Assembly: GCA_038060895.1 (NCBI GenBank)
Contig: JBBTCT010000031.1
Span: forward strand, 32,001-96,000
Direction of reading: 5' to 3'
DNA length: 64,000 bases
Origin: Planctomycetota bacterium
GTDB taxonomy: Bacteria; Planctomycetota; MHYJ01; WSZJ01
How positions within the stretch are numbered: position 1 is the stretch's first letter; every line of letters begins with the position of its first letter. Below the pieces are notes generated by a model. It saw only the letters and a program-made list of their open reading frames with translations, was not told the origin of the DNA and did no database searches. Positions 45,783-54,242 of the stretch are shown here, piece by piece. A program made the position numbers and the translations under genes.

Positions 45783-46691
45783 ATGGACGCCCCCATCGCC
45801 CCCGCCGCCCTGCGCCAGGCCGCAGACGGCCCGGCCTACGACCTGATTTCGCTGGGCCTCGTCGTCTTCACGACGCTTCTCATCACCGTCTGGACGACGC
45901 ACTTTTTTCGCCAGCAACCGGCGGACGTGAAGGATCTCCCCTCCGTTGAAGACCGCGCTGAGCACGTCCCTGGCTCCGTCTTGCTGACTTCCGCAGGTCA
46001 TCTCCAGGTCGCGCAGTGGGCCGACTTCAATCTGCGCTCGGCTGGAGGCAACGGGATCTCGATGTCTTTCACGGTGCATCTCAGCGCAGCCCTCGAGCTG
46101 GAAGTGCAGGAGCGCGAGAACCTGAGCCTCCTGGCGGAGAGCGCGAACATCTCCGAAATTGACCGCGTCTCAGCACGAATGCAGCTGAAGCAGAAGCCCC
46201 TCGCCCGCGAATACGCGAAAAAATGGTACGAGCTGCGCCGTGACTGGATCGAGGCGAACGACCGGCGGGGTTTCGACATCGGCACTCATTTCGAATTCCA
46301 GAACGTGCTCGTCCAGTTCGGGATGCTTGAGGAGGCGGTCGGCGGCCAGCAAGTCAGCGCGAAGTTCCGCCAGCAACTGAAGGAGGCTCTGGCGGTCGAG
46401 GACTGGAAGCGTGCCGGACTTCAGCGGCTCCTGAAGGAAGGCACGAAGGAAGAGCAGGAGAAGGCGCGCGTGGAGCTGGGAAAACATCCGCCTGACGGAC
46501 CTGTCCGCACATTTGCGAAGGCCTGGTACGAGATCCGCGCGAAGTGGCTGCGGACCCGGAGCGGTGTTCCCTACGACGAATCCGCCCGGCGTGAATTCGT
46601 CAGCATTTTGCGGGAAATCGGGCTTCAGGACGAGGCGAAGCGGGAGACGGTCGGCGGGTCCCAGTCCCCGGGCGGAACCGAGCCCGAGTAA
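45783..46691 (+). CDS. Hypothetical single-TM protein with duplicated helical motif
   Basis: Starts directly after previous stop; PLAREYAKKWYELRRDW vs PVRTFAKAWYEIRAKW. Confidence 0.7.
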   Translation: MDAPIAPAALRQAADGPAYDLISLGLVVFTTLLITVWTTHFFRQQPADVKDLPSVEDRAEHVPGSVLLTSAGHLQVAQWADFNLRSAGGNGISMSFTVHLSAALELEVQERENLSLLAESANISEIDRVSARMQLKQKPLAREYAKKWYELRRDWIEANDRRGFDIGTHFEFQNVLVQFGMLEEAVGGQQVSAKFRQQLKEALAVEDWKRAGLQRLLKEGTKEEQEKARVELGKHPPDGPVRTFAKAWYEIRAKWLRTRSGVPYDESARREFVSILREIGLQDEAKRETVGGSQSPGGTEPE

Positions 46692-46729
46692 TCCCGCCCC
46701 AGGTTCAAGTCGCCGGGCTTGCCCTTCCT

Positions 46730-46889
46730 CTCATCCGCTCGTTCGAAGCGTGAAGCGGCGCCTGAGCGAAGGCGTGCGGGTGGGGGGCGGGCGTCTAACT
46801 GGCACCGCTCCCCAACCATCGCCCGAAGCCCGCCCCGCACCCGCCGCCGCAGCGAAGAAGCCGCTTCACGCATCGAACGAGCGGATGAG
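46730..46889. repeat. 30-bp inverted repeat (29/30 match), one arm covering the 3' end of the cNMP gene
   Basis: CTCATCCGCTCGTTCGAAGCGTGAAGCGGC (46730-46759) vs GCCGCTTCACGCATCGAACGAGCGGATGAG (46860-46889). Confidence 0.9.
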
Positions 46890-47327
46890 CGTTTGAATGG
46901 CCTCATCCGCGAGCCGGAGGCGCGCCGCGGTTTTCTTCAGCAGCCCCTTGAGAATTTTCACGGCCAGCACGGGATCGGTGGCTAGGAGTGCGTCGATGTC
47001 CTTTTTCTCGATGAGCCGGACGCGTCCTTCGCGCGCCGCGACTGCGGACGACGACCGGGCGCGCTCTTCGAAAATCGCCAGCTCGCCGAAAATCTCGCCG
47101 TGTTCGAGGATCGCGATGCGCGTCGGCTGACCGCCGCCGTTCGACTTGGCGATCTCGATGGCGCCGGACTCGATGATGAAGAGCTTGTCGCCGGGGTCGC
47201 GCTCGTTGAAGACGGTCTCGCCCTTCTGGAGGGCCCGCTCGCGGCAGAGCGCGACGATCTTCTCCAGCTCGGCGTCGGTGAGCGCGCTGAACGTGTCGAC
47301 TTCGCGCAGGAATTTTTTCAGCTCCAT
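46866..47327 (-). CDS. Stand-alone cyclic-nucleotide-binding domain protein
   Basis: FSAL, VFNERDPGDKLFIIESG, GEIFGELAI..RSSSA. Confidence 0.92.
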   Translation of the reverse strand: MELKKFLREVDTFSALTDAELEKIVALCRERALQKGETVFNERDPGDKLFIIESGAIEIAKSNGGGQPTRIAILEHGEIFGELAIFEERARSSSAVAAREGRVRLIEKKDIDALLATDPVLAVKILKGLLKKTAARLRLADEAIQTLIRSFDA

Positions 47328-47457
47328 GGGCGGGGCATTCTACGGAGCCGCGCCCGGAACCGGAGCGATCTTTCCGCTGCGCACCAAACTCGATTGCACG
47401 GCCGGACCTGATAAACTGGCGCCGAACGTTCACCCCGGCCACGAGGAGAATGCCCCG

Positions 47458-47730
47458 ATGGAAATCGATCGCGACACGGAAATGCGGCGGAGGTCGAAAA
47501 TCGACCTGAAAGGGCTCCTCGTCCTCGTCCTCGCCGCCGGTCTGGCGGTCCAGGCGCTCGCCTGGGCAAAGAAGGAGACTTTCGGCTGGGACGAGATTTC
47601 GGATGCGACGCTCTGGCTCGTGCTGATGGTCGTGGCATTCAACCTGTATCTCACGGACCGCCGGAAGCAATCGCCGCCTCCGCCGCTGCCCCCGCGCGTT
47701 CCGCCGCCGCCCGGGGCGCCGCCGCTGTAG
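47458..47730 (+). CDS. Small two-TM membrane protein with poly-Pro tail
   Basis: GAGGAG SD; two hydrophobic helices; SPPPPLPPRVPPPPG. Confidence 0.7.
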   Translation: MEIDRDTEMRRRSKIDLKGLLVLVLAAGLAVQALAWAKKETFGWDEISDATLWLVLMVVAFNLYLTDRRKQSPPPPLPPRVPPPPGAPPL

Positions 47731-47740
47731 GCCCGCGGCC

Positions 47741-48154
47741 GTGCCCTACGTTTTCTTCGATCACACCGGCGACATCGGCGTCGAGCTCTCGGCGTCGACG
47801 GCCGAGGGACTGTTCGCAACGGCAGCGCTGGCGTTTGCGGAAGCGGTTTCCGACACGAAAAATGTCGAGCCACGCGTGACGCGCACGATACGGGCTTCCG
47901 GCGACGGCTGGCCTGACCTCCTGAACCGGTTCATCACGGAGCTTCTCGTAATCTTCGACGAGGACCGGCTACTCTTCCCCTTCGTAGCGATCCACGAACT
48001 TGACGAACGCAGCGTCGTGGCGACGGCGGGTGGCGAACGGTACGACGAAGCGCGGCACGAGGGCCGTACAGAACTCAAAGCGGTGACCTACCACGGCCTC
48101 AAGGCGGAGAAAACAGCCGAAGGCTGGCGCGCCACCGTAGTTTTCGACGTTTAG
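47741..48154 (+). CDS. Archease
   Basis: FDHTGDIG, GE..D..RH..TELKAVTYHGL, VFDV. Confidence 0.93.
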   Translation: MPYVFFDHTGDIGVELSASTAEGLFATAALAFAEAVSDTKNVEPRVTRTIRASGDGWPDLLNRFITELLVIFDEDRLLFPFVAIHELDERSVVATAGGERYDEARHEGRTELKAVTYHGLKAEKTAEGWRATVVFDV

Positions 48155-48226
48155 CCCCCAACACCTTCGACTTTCGACCTTCAACCAGTTCCGAACCATC
48201 CCCTCCTTCAACCGATCAAATCCCTC

Positions 48227-49654
48227 ATGGAACTCCGCCGTGTCAGCGACTGCGTCTGGGAAATCCCGAAAACGGGCGCAATGCGCGTCCCGGGACGGAT
48301 CTACGCCGACAAACGCCTCCTCGACCTTGCCAAGGGCGACAAGGCCCTCGACCAGGTCGTCAACGTCGCGACGCTTCCAGGAATCGTGAAGTGGTCGCTG
48401 GCCATGCCCGACATCCACTGGGGGTACGGGTTCCCGATCGGCGGCGTGGCGGCGTTCAGCCTGGATGAAGGGGTAATTTCGCCGGGCGGAGTGGGGTACG
48501 ACATCAACTGCGGCGTCCGCGTCTGCAAGACCGGCCTCCGCTTCAACGAACTCGAGGGGAAACACAAGAAGCTCGTCAACGCGCTCTTCAATGCCGTCCC
48601 GACCGGCGTCGGCGGCGACTCGGCGATCGGGCGGCTGTCGCGGGAGGACGGGGCGCGGATTGTGACGACGGGGGCGAAGTGGGCCGTCGAGAACGGGTAC
48701 GGGAAGCCGTCGGACCTCGACTACACCGAGGACGGCGGCACGATGCCCGGCGCGGACCCCGCGGCGGCAAGCGACACGGCGTTCAAGCGCGGGCTGGGGC
48801 AGGTCGGAACGCTCGGAAGCGGGAATCACTTCCTCGAGCTCGACCGAGTCTCGGAGGTCTATACGCCGGAAGCGCAGAGCGTCTTCGGGCTCGAGGAAGG
48901 CGACGTGGTGCTGCTGATTCACTGCGGCTCGCGCGGCTTCGGCTACCAGATCTGCGACGAGAACGTGCACGACTTCGTGAAGATCGCGGGGCGCTACCAC
49001 ATCGACCTCGCCGACCGGCAGCTGGCGTGCGCGCCGGCTTCGAGCCACGAGGGGAAGAAGTACCTCTCGGCGATGGCGTGCGCGGCGAACTACGCGTGGG
49101 TGAACCGGCAGGTGATCATGATCCTGGCCGGGAGGGCGATCTCGGACTGTCTCGGCCGCAACGTCGAGCCGGAGCTGATCTACGACGTGTGCCACAACAT
49201 CGCCAAGATCGAGGACCACGACGTCGACGGCAAGATGATGAAGGTGATCGTCCACCGCAAGGGAGCGACGCGCGCCTTCCCTGCGGGTCACGCGCTCACC
49301 CCGGCCAAGTACAAGGAAGTCGGCCAGCCCGTCCTCGTCCCCGGGGACATGGGGCGGTCCTCGTTCCTCCTCACGGGTCTGCCGGGCGCGATGAACGAAA
49401 CGTTCGGCTCGACGTGCCACGGCGCCGGCCGCACCGCTTCCCGCGGCGAGATGAACCGCCGCATGCAGGGCGTCGACCTCGACGCCGAAATGCGCTCGAT
49501 GGGCGTCACGGTCCGCGCCAAGACGCGGGCCAGCATGGCCGAAGAAATGCCGTCCGCCTACAAGGACGCCGGTGTGGTCACCGAGGTCATGGAGCGCGCC
49601 GGGATCTCGAAGCGCATCGCCAAGTTCGTGCCGTTTGCGGTGATCAAGGGGTAG
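48227..49654 (+). CDS. rtcB: RNA-splicing/repair ligase RtcB
   Basis: MPDIHWGYGFPIGGV, GVGYDINCGVR, GTLGSGNHFLE, HCGSRG, HN, HRKGATRA, HGAGR, EEMPSAYKD. Confidence 0.97.
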   Translation: MELRRVSDCVWEIPKTGAMRVPGRIYADKRLLDLAKGDKALDQVVNVATLPGIVKWSLAMPDIHWGYGFPIGGVAAFSLDEGVISPGGVGYDINCGVRVCKTGLRFNELEGKHKKLVNALFNAVPTGVGGDSAIGRLSREDGARIVTTGAKWAVENGYGKPSDLDYTEDGGTMPGADPAAASDTAFKRGLGQVGTLGSGNHFLELDRVSEVYTPEAQSVFGLEEGDVVLLIHCGSRGFGYQICDENVHDFVKIAGRYHIDLADRQLACAPASSHEGKKYLSAMACAANYAWVNRQVIMILAGRAISDCLGRNVEPELIYDVCHNIAKIEDHDVDGKMMKVIVHRKGATRAFPAGHALTPAKYKEVGQPVLVPGDMGRSSFLLTGLPGAMNETFGSTCHGAGRTASRGEMNRRMQGVDLDAEMRSMGVTVRAKTRASMAEEMPSAYKDAGVVTEVMERAGISKRIAKFVPFAVIKG

Positions 49655-49756
49655 GGCGGGATTGTCGTCGCGAAGCGGCCGCTTCGTCCGAATTCCGGCA
49701 GACCTCGCAAGACAATTCCGCATGTCTATTACGTTTTTGTATGATATAAACGAATC

Positions 49757-50887
49757 ATGTATGCGCGAATGCTTAAGCCTCCGGACGACAGCTTCTTCCT
49801 CTTCGGACCCCGCGGAGTCGGGAAGACGGCCTGGCTGCGGTCCACCTTTCCGGACGCGCTGTTTTTCGACCTCCTCGAAGACCGCACGTGGAACCGGCTT
49901 CAGACGGAACCGGGCCGACTCGGAGAGGACATCCCCCGGGACCATCGCGGGATCGTTGTCATCGATGAGATTCAGCGCGCCCCGGAACTCCTGAACGAAG
50001 TCCATCGGCTCATCGAATCCCGCAGGATCCGGTTTGCGCTCACCGGTTCCAGCGCGCGGAAGCTGCGCCGTCGTGGCGTCAATCTCCTGGCCGGACGCGC
50101 CCTGACGCTCCGGATGCACCCGCTCACGGCGGGCGAGCTGGCCGGCGACTTCGACCTCGCGCGTGCCCTGCGCCGGGGCACGCTTCCGCGGGCCTGCTCG
50201 ATCGCCGATCCCGAACCGTTTCTGCAGAGTTACGTCGCTTCGTGGCTGCGGGAAGAAGTTCAGCAGGAAGGACTCTCCCGGAACATCGCCGGTTTCGGCC
50301 GATTCCTGGAGGCCGCTTCGTTTTCGCAGGGTTCCGCGCTCAACATGGCGTCGGTCGCACGCGACTGCGCGGTCCCGGCCCGGGTCGTCGAGGGGTACTT
50401 CCAGATCCTGGAAGACTTGCTCATTGGCTACCGCTTGCCGGCCTTCACGCGCCGGGCGAAACGGCGCGTGGCGCTTCACCCCAAGTTCTACTTCTTTGAC
50501 GCAGGCGTCTACCGCGCGATCCGACCCGTGGGTCCGCTCGATTCTCCCGAGGAGATTCGCGGGGCGGCTCTCGAGACGCTCTTCCTCCACCACCTCCGGG
50601 CGGCCAACGACTACGGCAACCTCGGCTACGGCCTGCACTACTGGCGCACTCCGGCCGGTCGCGAAGTCGACTTCGTGCTCTATGGCCGAAGAGGGCTCAG
50701 GGCGTTCGAGGTCAAGGCGTCCAGTCGGGTCCGAAGCGGGGACCTGGACGGGCTTCACGAATTCCTGAAGGACTACCCGATGGCGAAAGCGAGCCTCGTC
50801 TATCTCGGGGATCGGCGCTGGCACGAGAGCGGCGTCGACGTGCTGCCGGTCGCGGGCGTCCTGCGCGATCTGGAAGGTCACGTTTGA
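49757..50887 (+). CDS. AAA_14 / DUF4143 ATPase
   Basis: FGPRGVGKT, IDEIQR, LTGSSA, KFYFFDAG, YWRT..GREVDFV, EVK. Confidence 0.9.
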   Translation: MYARMLKPPDDSFFLFGPRGVGKTAWLRSTFPDALFFDLLEDRTWNRLQTEPGRLGEDIPRDHRGIVVIDEIQRAPELLNEVHRLIESRRIRFALTGSSARKLRRRGVNLLAGRALTLRMHPLTAGELAGDFDLARALRRGTLPRACSIADPEPFLQSYVASWLREEVQQEGLSRNIAGFGRFLEAASFSQGSALNMASVARDCAVPARVVEGYFQILEDLLIGYRLPAFTRRAKRRVALHPKFYFFDAGVYRAIRPVGPLDSPEEIRGAALETLFLHHLRAANDYGNLGYGLHYWRTPAGREVDFVLYGRRGLRAFEVKASSRVRSGDLDGLHEFLKDYPMAKASLVYLGDRRWHESGVDVLPVAGVLRDLEGHV

Positions 50888-51040
50888 GCGAGGAGTCGAG
50901 ATCCGGACTGAGGCCAGAAGCGGGCAGGGCCGTTCGAGTCCCCGCTCGACCCGGCCCATGCTCCTCGACTCGCCGCGCCGCCGCAGTTCTCCGACGACGA
51001 GCTTGATTCGCGCCCGGACACGGGCCTAGAGTGGCAGATC

Positions 51041-51856
51041 GTGAAGCGCTTCCACTCCTTTGGCCCCACCCTCCTTGCCGGCATGTTCCGGATCATGCTG
51101 CTGAAGTTGACCGTGTTTTGCGCCGCTGGGATGGCCGGCTGCGCGCAGGTAGAGGAAGCGCCGGCGTGCCCTCCTGCAAGCCACGCGGATCCCCGGCAGG
51201 TCGAGTTGGACCAGCTCGAGGCCGCGCGAACGGTTCTACGTGGCCTTTGTCCCCTGTGGGTAAAGGTCCAGGACTCGCGCCGACATGCACGGCTCCGAGA
51301 TCGGAGACCGGATGAGTTTGCGGACCTCGCTCGCTGCGCCGTGGTCTGGATTGCACCCCGGTTTCGGATCCTCCGCGGTCACTATCGGTGGGACCCGGAG
51401 TTCGTCGGCTACCCGGCGGATTCTTCCGACGTGCCCGGCCCGGACGAAGTCGAGCTCTGTATCCAGGAGCTCGCGCACGGCGACCTGAATCAAGAGGCGC
51501 TGGCGGAACGGGATCGGTGGTCGGGAATCGTCGATGCGATCCGGGGCGGCCGCTTCCTCGAGTCCTGGCCCTGGGAGGAGGCCGAAGAGCGCGCCCTTGC
51601 CAGGAAGCTCGACGGGGTCTTCCTGGACCTGGACTTCTCGGATTCGACTCTTTACGACATTGTCGACTACATCCAGGAGTTCGCCAGAATCAACATCGTG
51701 ATCTCGGCCGAGGTCCGCAAGGCCGGAATTCCCGACCGCAAAATCGATTTCCATGCCGCATCGGAGCCCATCGGAACCACGCTTCGCCGCCTCTGCGACA
51801 GGTACGGCCTGGCATGGAGACTTGCGAATCGTGTCCTCCTGATTGTCGCGAAATGA
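51041..51856 (+). CDS. Probable lipoprotein with C-terminal STN-like domain
   Basis: MAGC lipobox-like; LDFSDSTLYDIVDYIQEFARINIVI...LRRLCDRYGLAWRLANRVLLI; start uncertain. Confidence 0.6.
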   Translation: MKRFHSFGPTLLAGMFRIMLLKLTVFCAAGMAGCAQVEEAPACPPASHADPRQVELDQLEAARTVLRGLCPLWVKVQDSRRHARLRDRRPDEFADLARCAVVWIAPRFRILRGHYRWDPEFVGYPADSSDVPGPDEVELCIQELAHGDLNQEALAERDRWSGIVDAIRGGRFLESWPWEEAEERALARKLDGVFLDLDFSDSTLYDIVDYIQEFARINIVISAEVRKAGIPDRKIDFHAASEPIGTTLRRLCDRYGLAWRLANRVLLIVAK

Positions 51857-51912
51857 GTCCCGTCCGACGCGAACCCCCAGCCGGCGTCAGGCGGATTCAT
51901 GGCTGGCGAGGA

Positions 51913-52212
51913 TGTCGCCATTCGCCGACACTTCCAGTAAGTCATCAATCGGCGACATTTTGACTTGTCATCGATCGGCGACTCGTGGAGCGCAACGGGC
52001 GCCGCCGGTGGGCCGCCCTTGCGCGGGAACTCCGGCTCGACCCGGCCGGCACCGTCGATCGAGTCGCCGCGCTCGCCGGGCGCGTTGGCGAAGCGCTTCC
52101 GATCAGGCGCGAGCGCGCGGCCGCGGACCGCCTGGAACCGCGTGCCGTTTCGGCGCTGATGGGACCGCTGAAGTCGCGGTTGGAAGAATGCCGGAGAGAA
52201 CTGTGGGGGTGA
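51913..52212 (+). pseudogene. Possible remnant of a hipBA-like module (operator repeats + HipA-like C-terminal fragment)
   Basis: Three imperfect palindromes near TGTCGCCGATCGGCGACA, followed by GRRRWAALARELRLD helical fragment. Confidence 0.35.
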
Positions 52213-52288
52213 CCGGCCGATCAGGCACGCGGGCCGTGCGTCATGCTCCGGAACGTCTTGCGGCCGATCTGATGGCTAGAATGCGCGG

Positions 52289-52573
52289 ATGCCGAACGGT
52301 GGATCGGACTGCTGCGGAACGTGCTGGTTCAACGGCATGAATAGGGGAAAGCCCGGGTATCCCGCCGATCCGGCGCCGGGCCCGGCGACCTGCGAGATTC
52401 GCGGCGGTCTTCGGATCGACGACCCGTTCTGGAGGTACTTCGCGAATCACCCGCACCACAAGCCGCTCCAGATCCGCACGCCGAGGTCGCTTCGCTGGCC
52501 CGGAAGCTCATCGACGACCCGCAGCCGCGGGAGTAGGACGGTTCCGGGGCGAGCCGAAGGGAGTGGCGGGTAG
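52289..52573 (+). CDS. Small Cys-rich protein, possibly truncated
   Basis: MPNGGSDCCGTCWFN...CEIR..NHPH; TAGAAT 6 nt upstream; C-terminal third looks like out-of-frame sequence. Confidence 0.5.
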   Translation: MPNGGSDCCGTCWFNGMNRGKPGYPADPAPGPATCEIRGGLRIDDPFWRYFANHPHHKPLQIRTPRSLRWPGSSSTTRSRGSRTVPGRAEGSGG

Positions 52574-52608
52574 GCAGCCGAGGTCCGCAAAACCCGTATC
52601 ATCCGCTC

Positions 52609-54174
52609 GTGAACGCCGAATCCGCTTACCTGTTCCGCCACGCATTGCTGCGGGATGCGGCGTACCAACTCCAGCTCCCCGGCGACCGCGCGCGGCTTCA
52701 TGCGCTCGCATTCGGGGCAATCGAAGCGCTGGCCGGCGGGCGGGCTCCGCGACCGTCGCCGCTGGACGCGGCCGAGCCGGCGCCATTCGCGCCGCACCCG
52801 ACGGATGCCTTTGCGCAAGAGCTCGCCATCCATGCCCGGTTCGCGAATTCAGGCGGTCCGTCAGGACCTGGCGCAGCGGATCCGCGCGACGCTGCCGGCC
52901 TGCTCGAGCTCTACGTGCAGCGCGCCGCCGAGGTCGCGGAGAAAAAGTTTCTGCACTCGACAGCGCAGGAACTGTGGCTTCAGCTGGCGGAACTCTCGCA
53001 AGAAGCGCTTCGCGGCGCCGCGCTTGTCCGGGCGGGATCCGCCGCTTCCACGCGAGGCCGGCCGCAGGAGGCGGAACGGCTGTATCAGGAGGCGACAGAG
53101 CTCTTCCGGAGCATCGCGGCGCGCCGGCTGGAAGCGGGGGCACTGAGCGATCTGGCGGGGGTGGAGATGCAAACCGGTCGCACGGCGCAGGCTGAGCTGA
53201 CGCTGGAGCAGGCGCTCGGGATCCTGCGAGAGGTTGGCGACCGTCGAGGCGAGGGGAAAGCGCTCTCGAACCTCGCGAACCTGAGCCGGCAGACCGGGCG
53301 TGTCGAGCAGGCAGAGCGGATCTACGGGGAGGCGCTCGCCGTCCACCGGGAAACCCGCGACCGCCGGATCGAGGCGGTCGCCATGGGAAATCTCGCGGGC
53401 CTGTACCTGGAGACCGGCCGCGGGGATCTGGCCGGGCGGACGTGGGAGAAGTCGCTCGCCATTCACCGCGAAGTCGGCGACCGCCGCGGCGAGGGAATCG
53501 CGCTGGGCGGGCTGGCAATTCTGTCCTCCACGACAGGCCGCGTCGAGCAGGCCGAGAGACTGTTCGAGCAGGCGCTCGCGATCCACGGCGAGGTCGGCGA
53601 CCGCCAGGACGAGGGAATCGCGCGGGGAAACCTGGCCCAGCTCTACAGGGAGACGGGCCGCATCGAACAAGCCGGGCGACTCCTCGAGGACTCGCTCGCC
53701 ATCCGCCGCGAAGCCGGCGACCGTCGAGGCGAGGGGATTGCGCTGGGAAACCTGGCCGCCGGATTCTTTGAGTCCGGCCTCGCCGAACGGGCCGAGCAAG
53801 CCTGGGAACAAGCGCTGTCCATACATCGCGAAGTCGGGAATCGCCGAAGCGAGGGAGTCGCGCTCGGCAACCTGGCCGGCCTCTTCCTGAAGTCCGGCCG
53901 CGCCGAGCAGGCCGGTCGCACCCTCGAGCGTGCGCTGGAGATCCACGGTCAGGTGGGAAACAAGCACTTCGAAGGCGCTCACAACTGCGACTACGCCCTC
54001 TGCCTTGTGGCGCTGGGCCGGAGGAGCGAGGGCGCCGAGGCCTGGCGCAAGGGCATGGGAATCCTCCGAAGCGTGAACGACGACAAGCAGGCCGAGCGCA
54101 AAAGATCCGCCATGCAGGTCGCGTGTTCAAGAGCGGGGGTGCCGCCCTTCGAGGAGGAGTCCGGGCGCGCCTGA
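52609..54174 (+). CDS. Tetratricopeptide-repeat protein (40-aa repeats)
   Basis: About 8 repeats of EQALAIHREVGDRRGEGIALGNLA; N-terminal YLFRHALLRDAAY motif. Confidence 0.9.
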   Translation: MNAESAYLFRHALLRDAAYQLQLPGDRARLHALAFGAIEALAGGRAPRPSPLDAAEPAPFAPHPTDAFAQELAIHARFANSGGPSGPGAADPRDAAGLLELYVQRAAEVAEKKFLHSTAQELWLQLAELSQEALRGAALVRAGSAASTRGRPQEAERLYQEATELFRSIAARRLEAGALSDLAGVEMQTGRTAQAELTLEQALGILREVGDRRGEGKALSNLANLSRQTGRVEQAERIYGEALAVHRETRDRRIEAVAMGNLAGLYLETGRGDLAGRTWEKSLAIHREVGDRRGEGIALGGLAILSSTTGRVEQAERLFEQALAIHGEVGDRQDEGIARGNLAQLYRETGRIEQAGRLLEDSLAIRREAGDRRGEGIALGNLAAGFFESGLAERAEQAWEQALSIHREVGNRRSEGVALGNLAGLFLKSGRAEQAGRTLERALEIHGQVGNKHFEGAHNCDYALCLVALGRRSEGAEAWRKGMGILRSVNDDKQAERKRSAMQVACSRAGVPPFEEESGRA

Positions 54175-54242
54175 CTCCGGAAGCGGGCGGCTTCGGAGTG
54201 CAAGCGCAGGATCATAAGCGGCGAGGCCGCTACAATCGGCCC

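Noticed and set aside
53200-53960. 120-bp-period nucleotide repeats as a DGR template/variable region or CRISPR
   Set aside because: They are coding TPR repeats, differences are not adenine-specific, and no reverse transcriptase is present
49757-54174. Accessory tract as a prophage or integrative element
   Set aside because: No integrase, transposase, phage genes, tRNA or flanking direct repeats were seen
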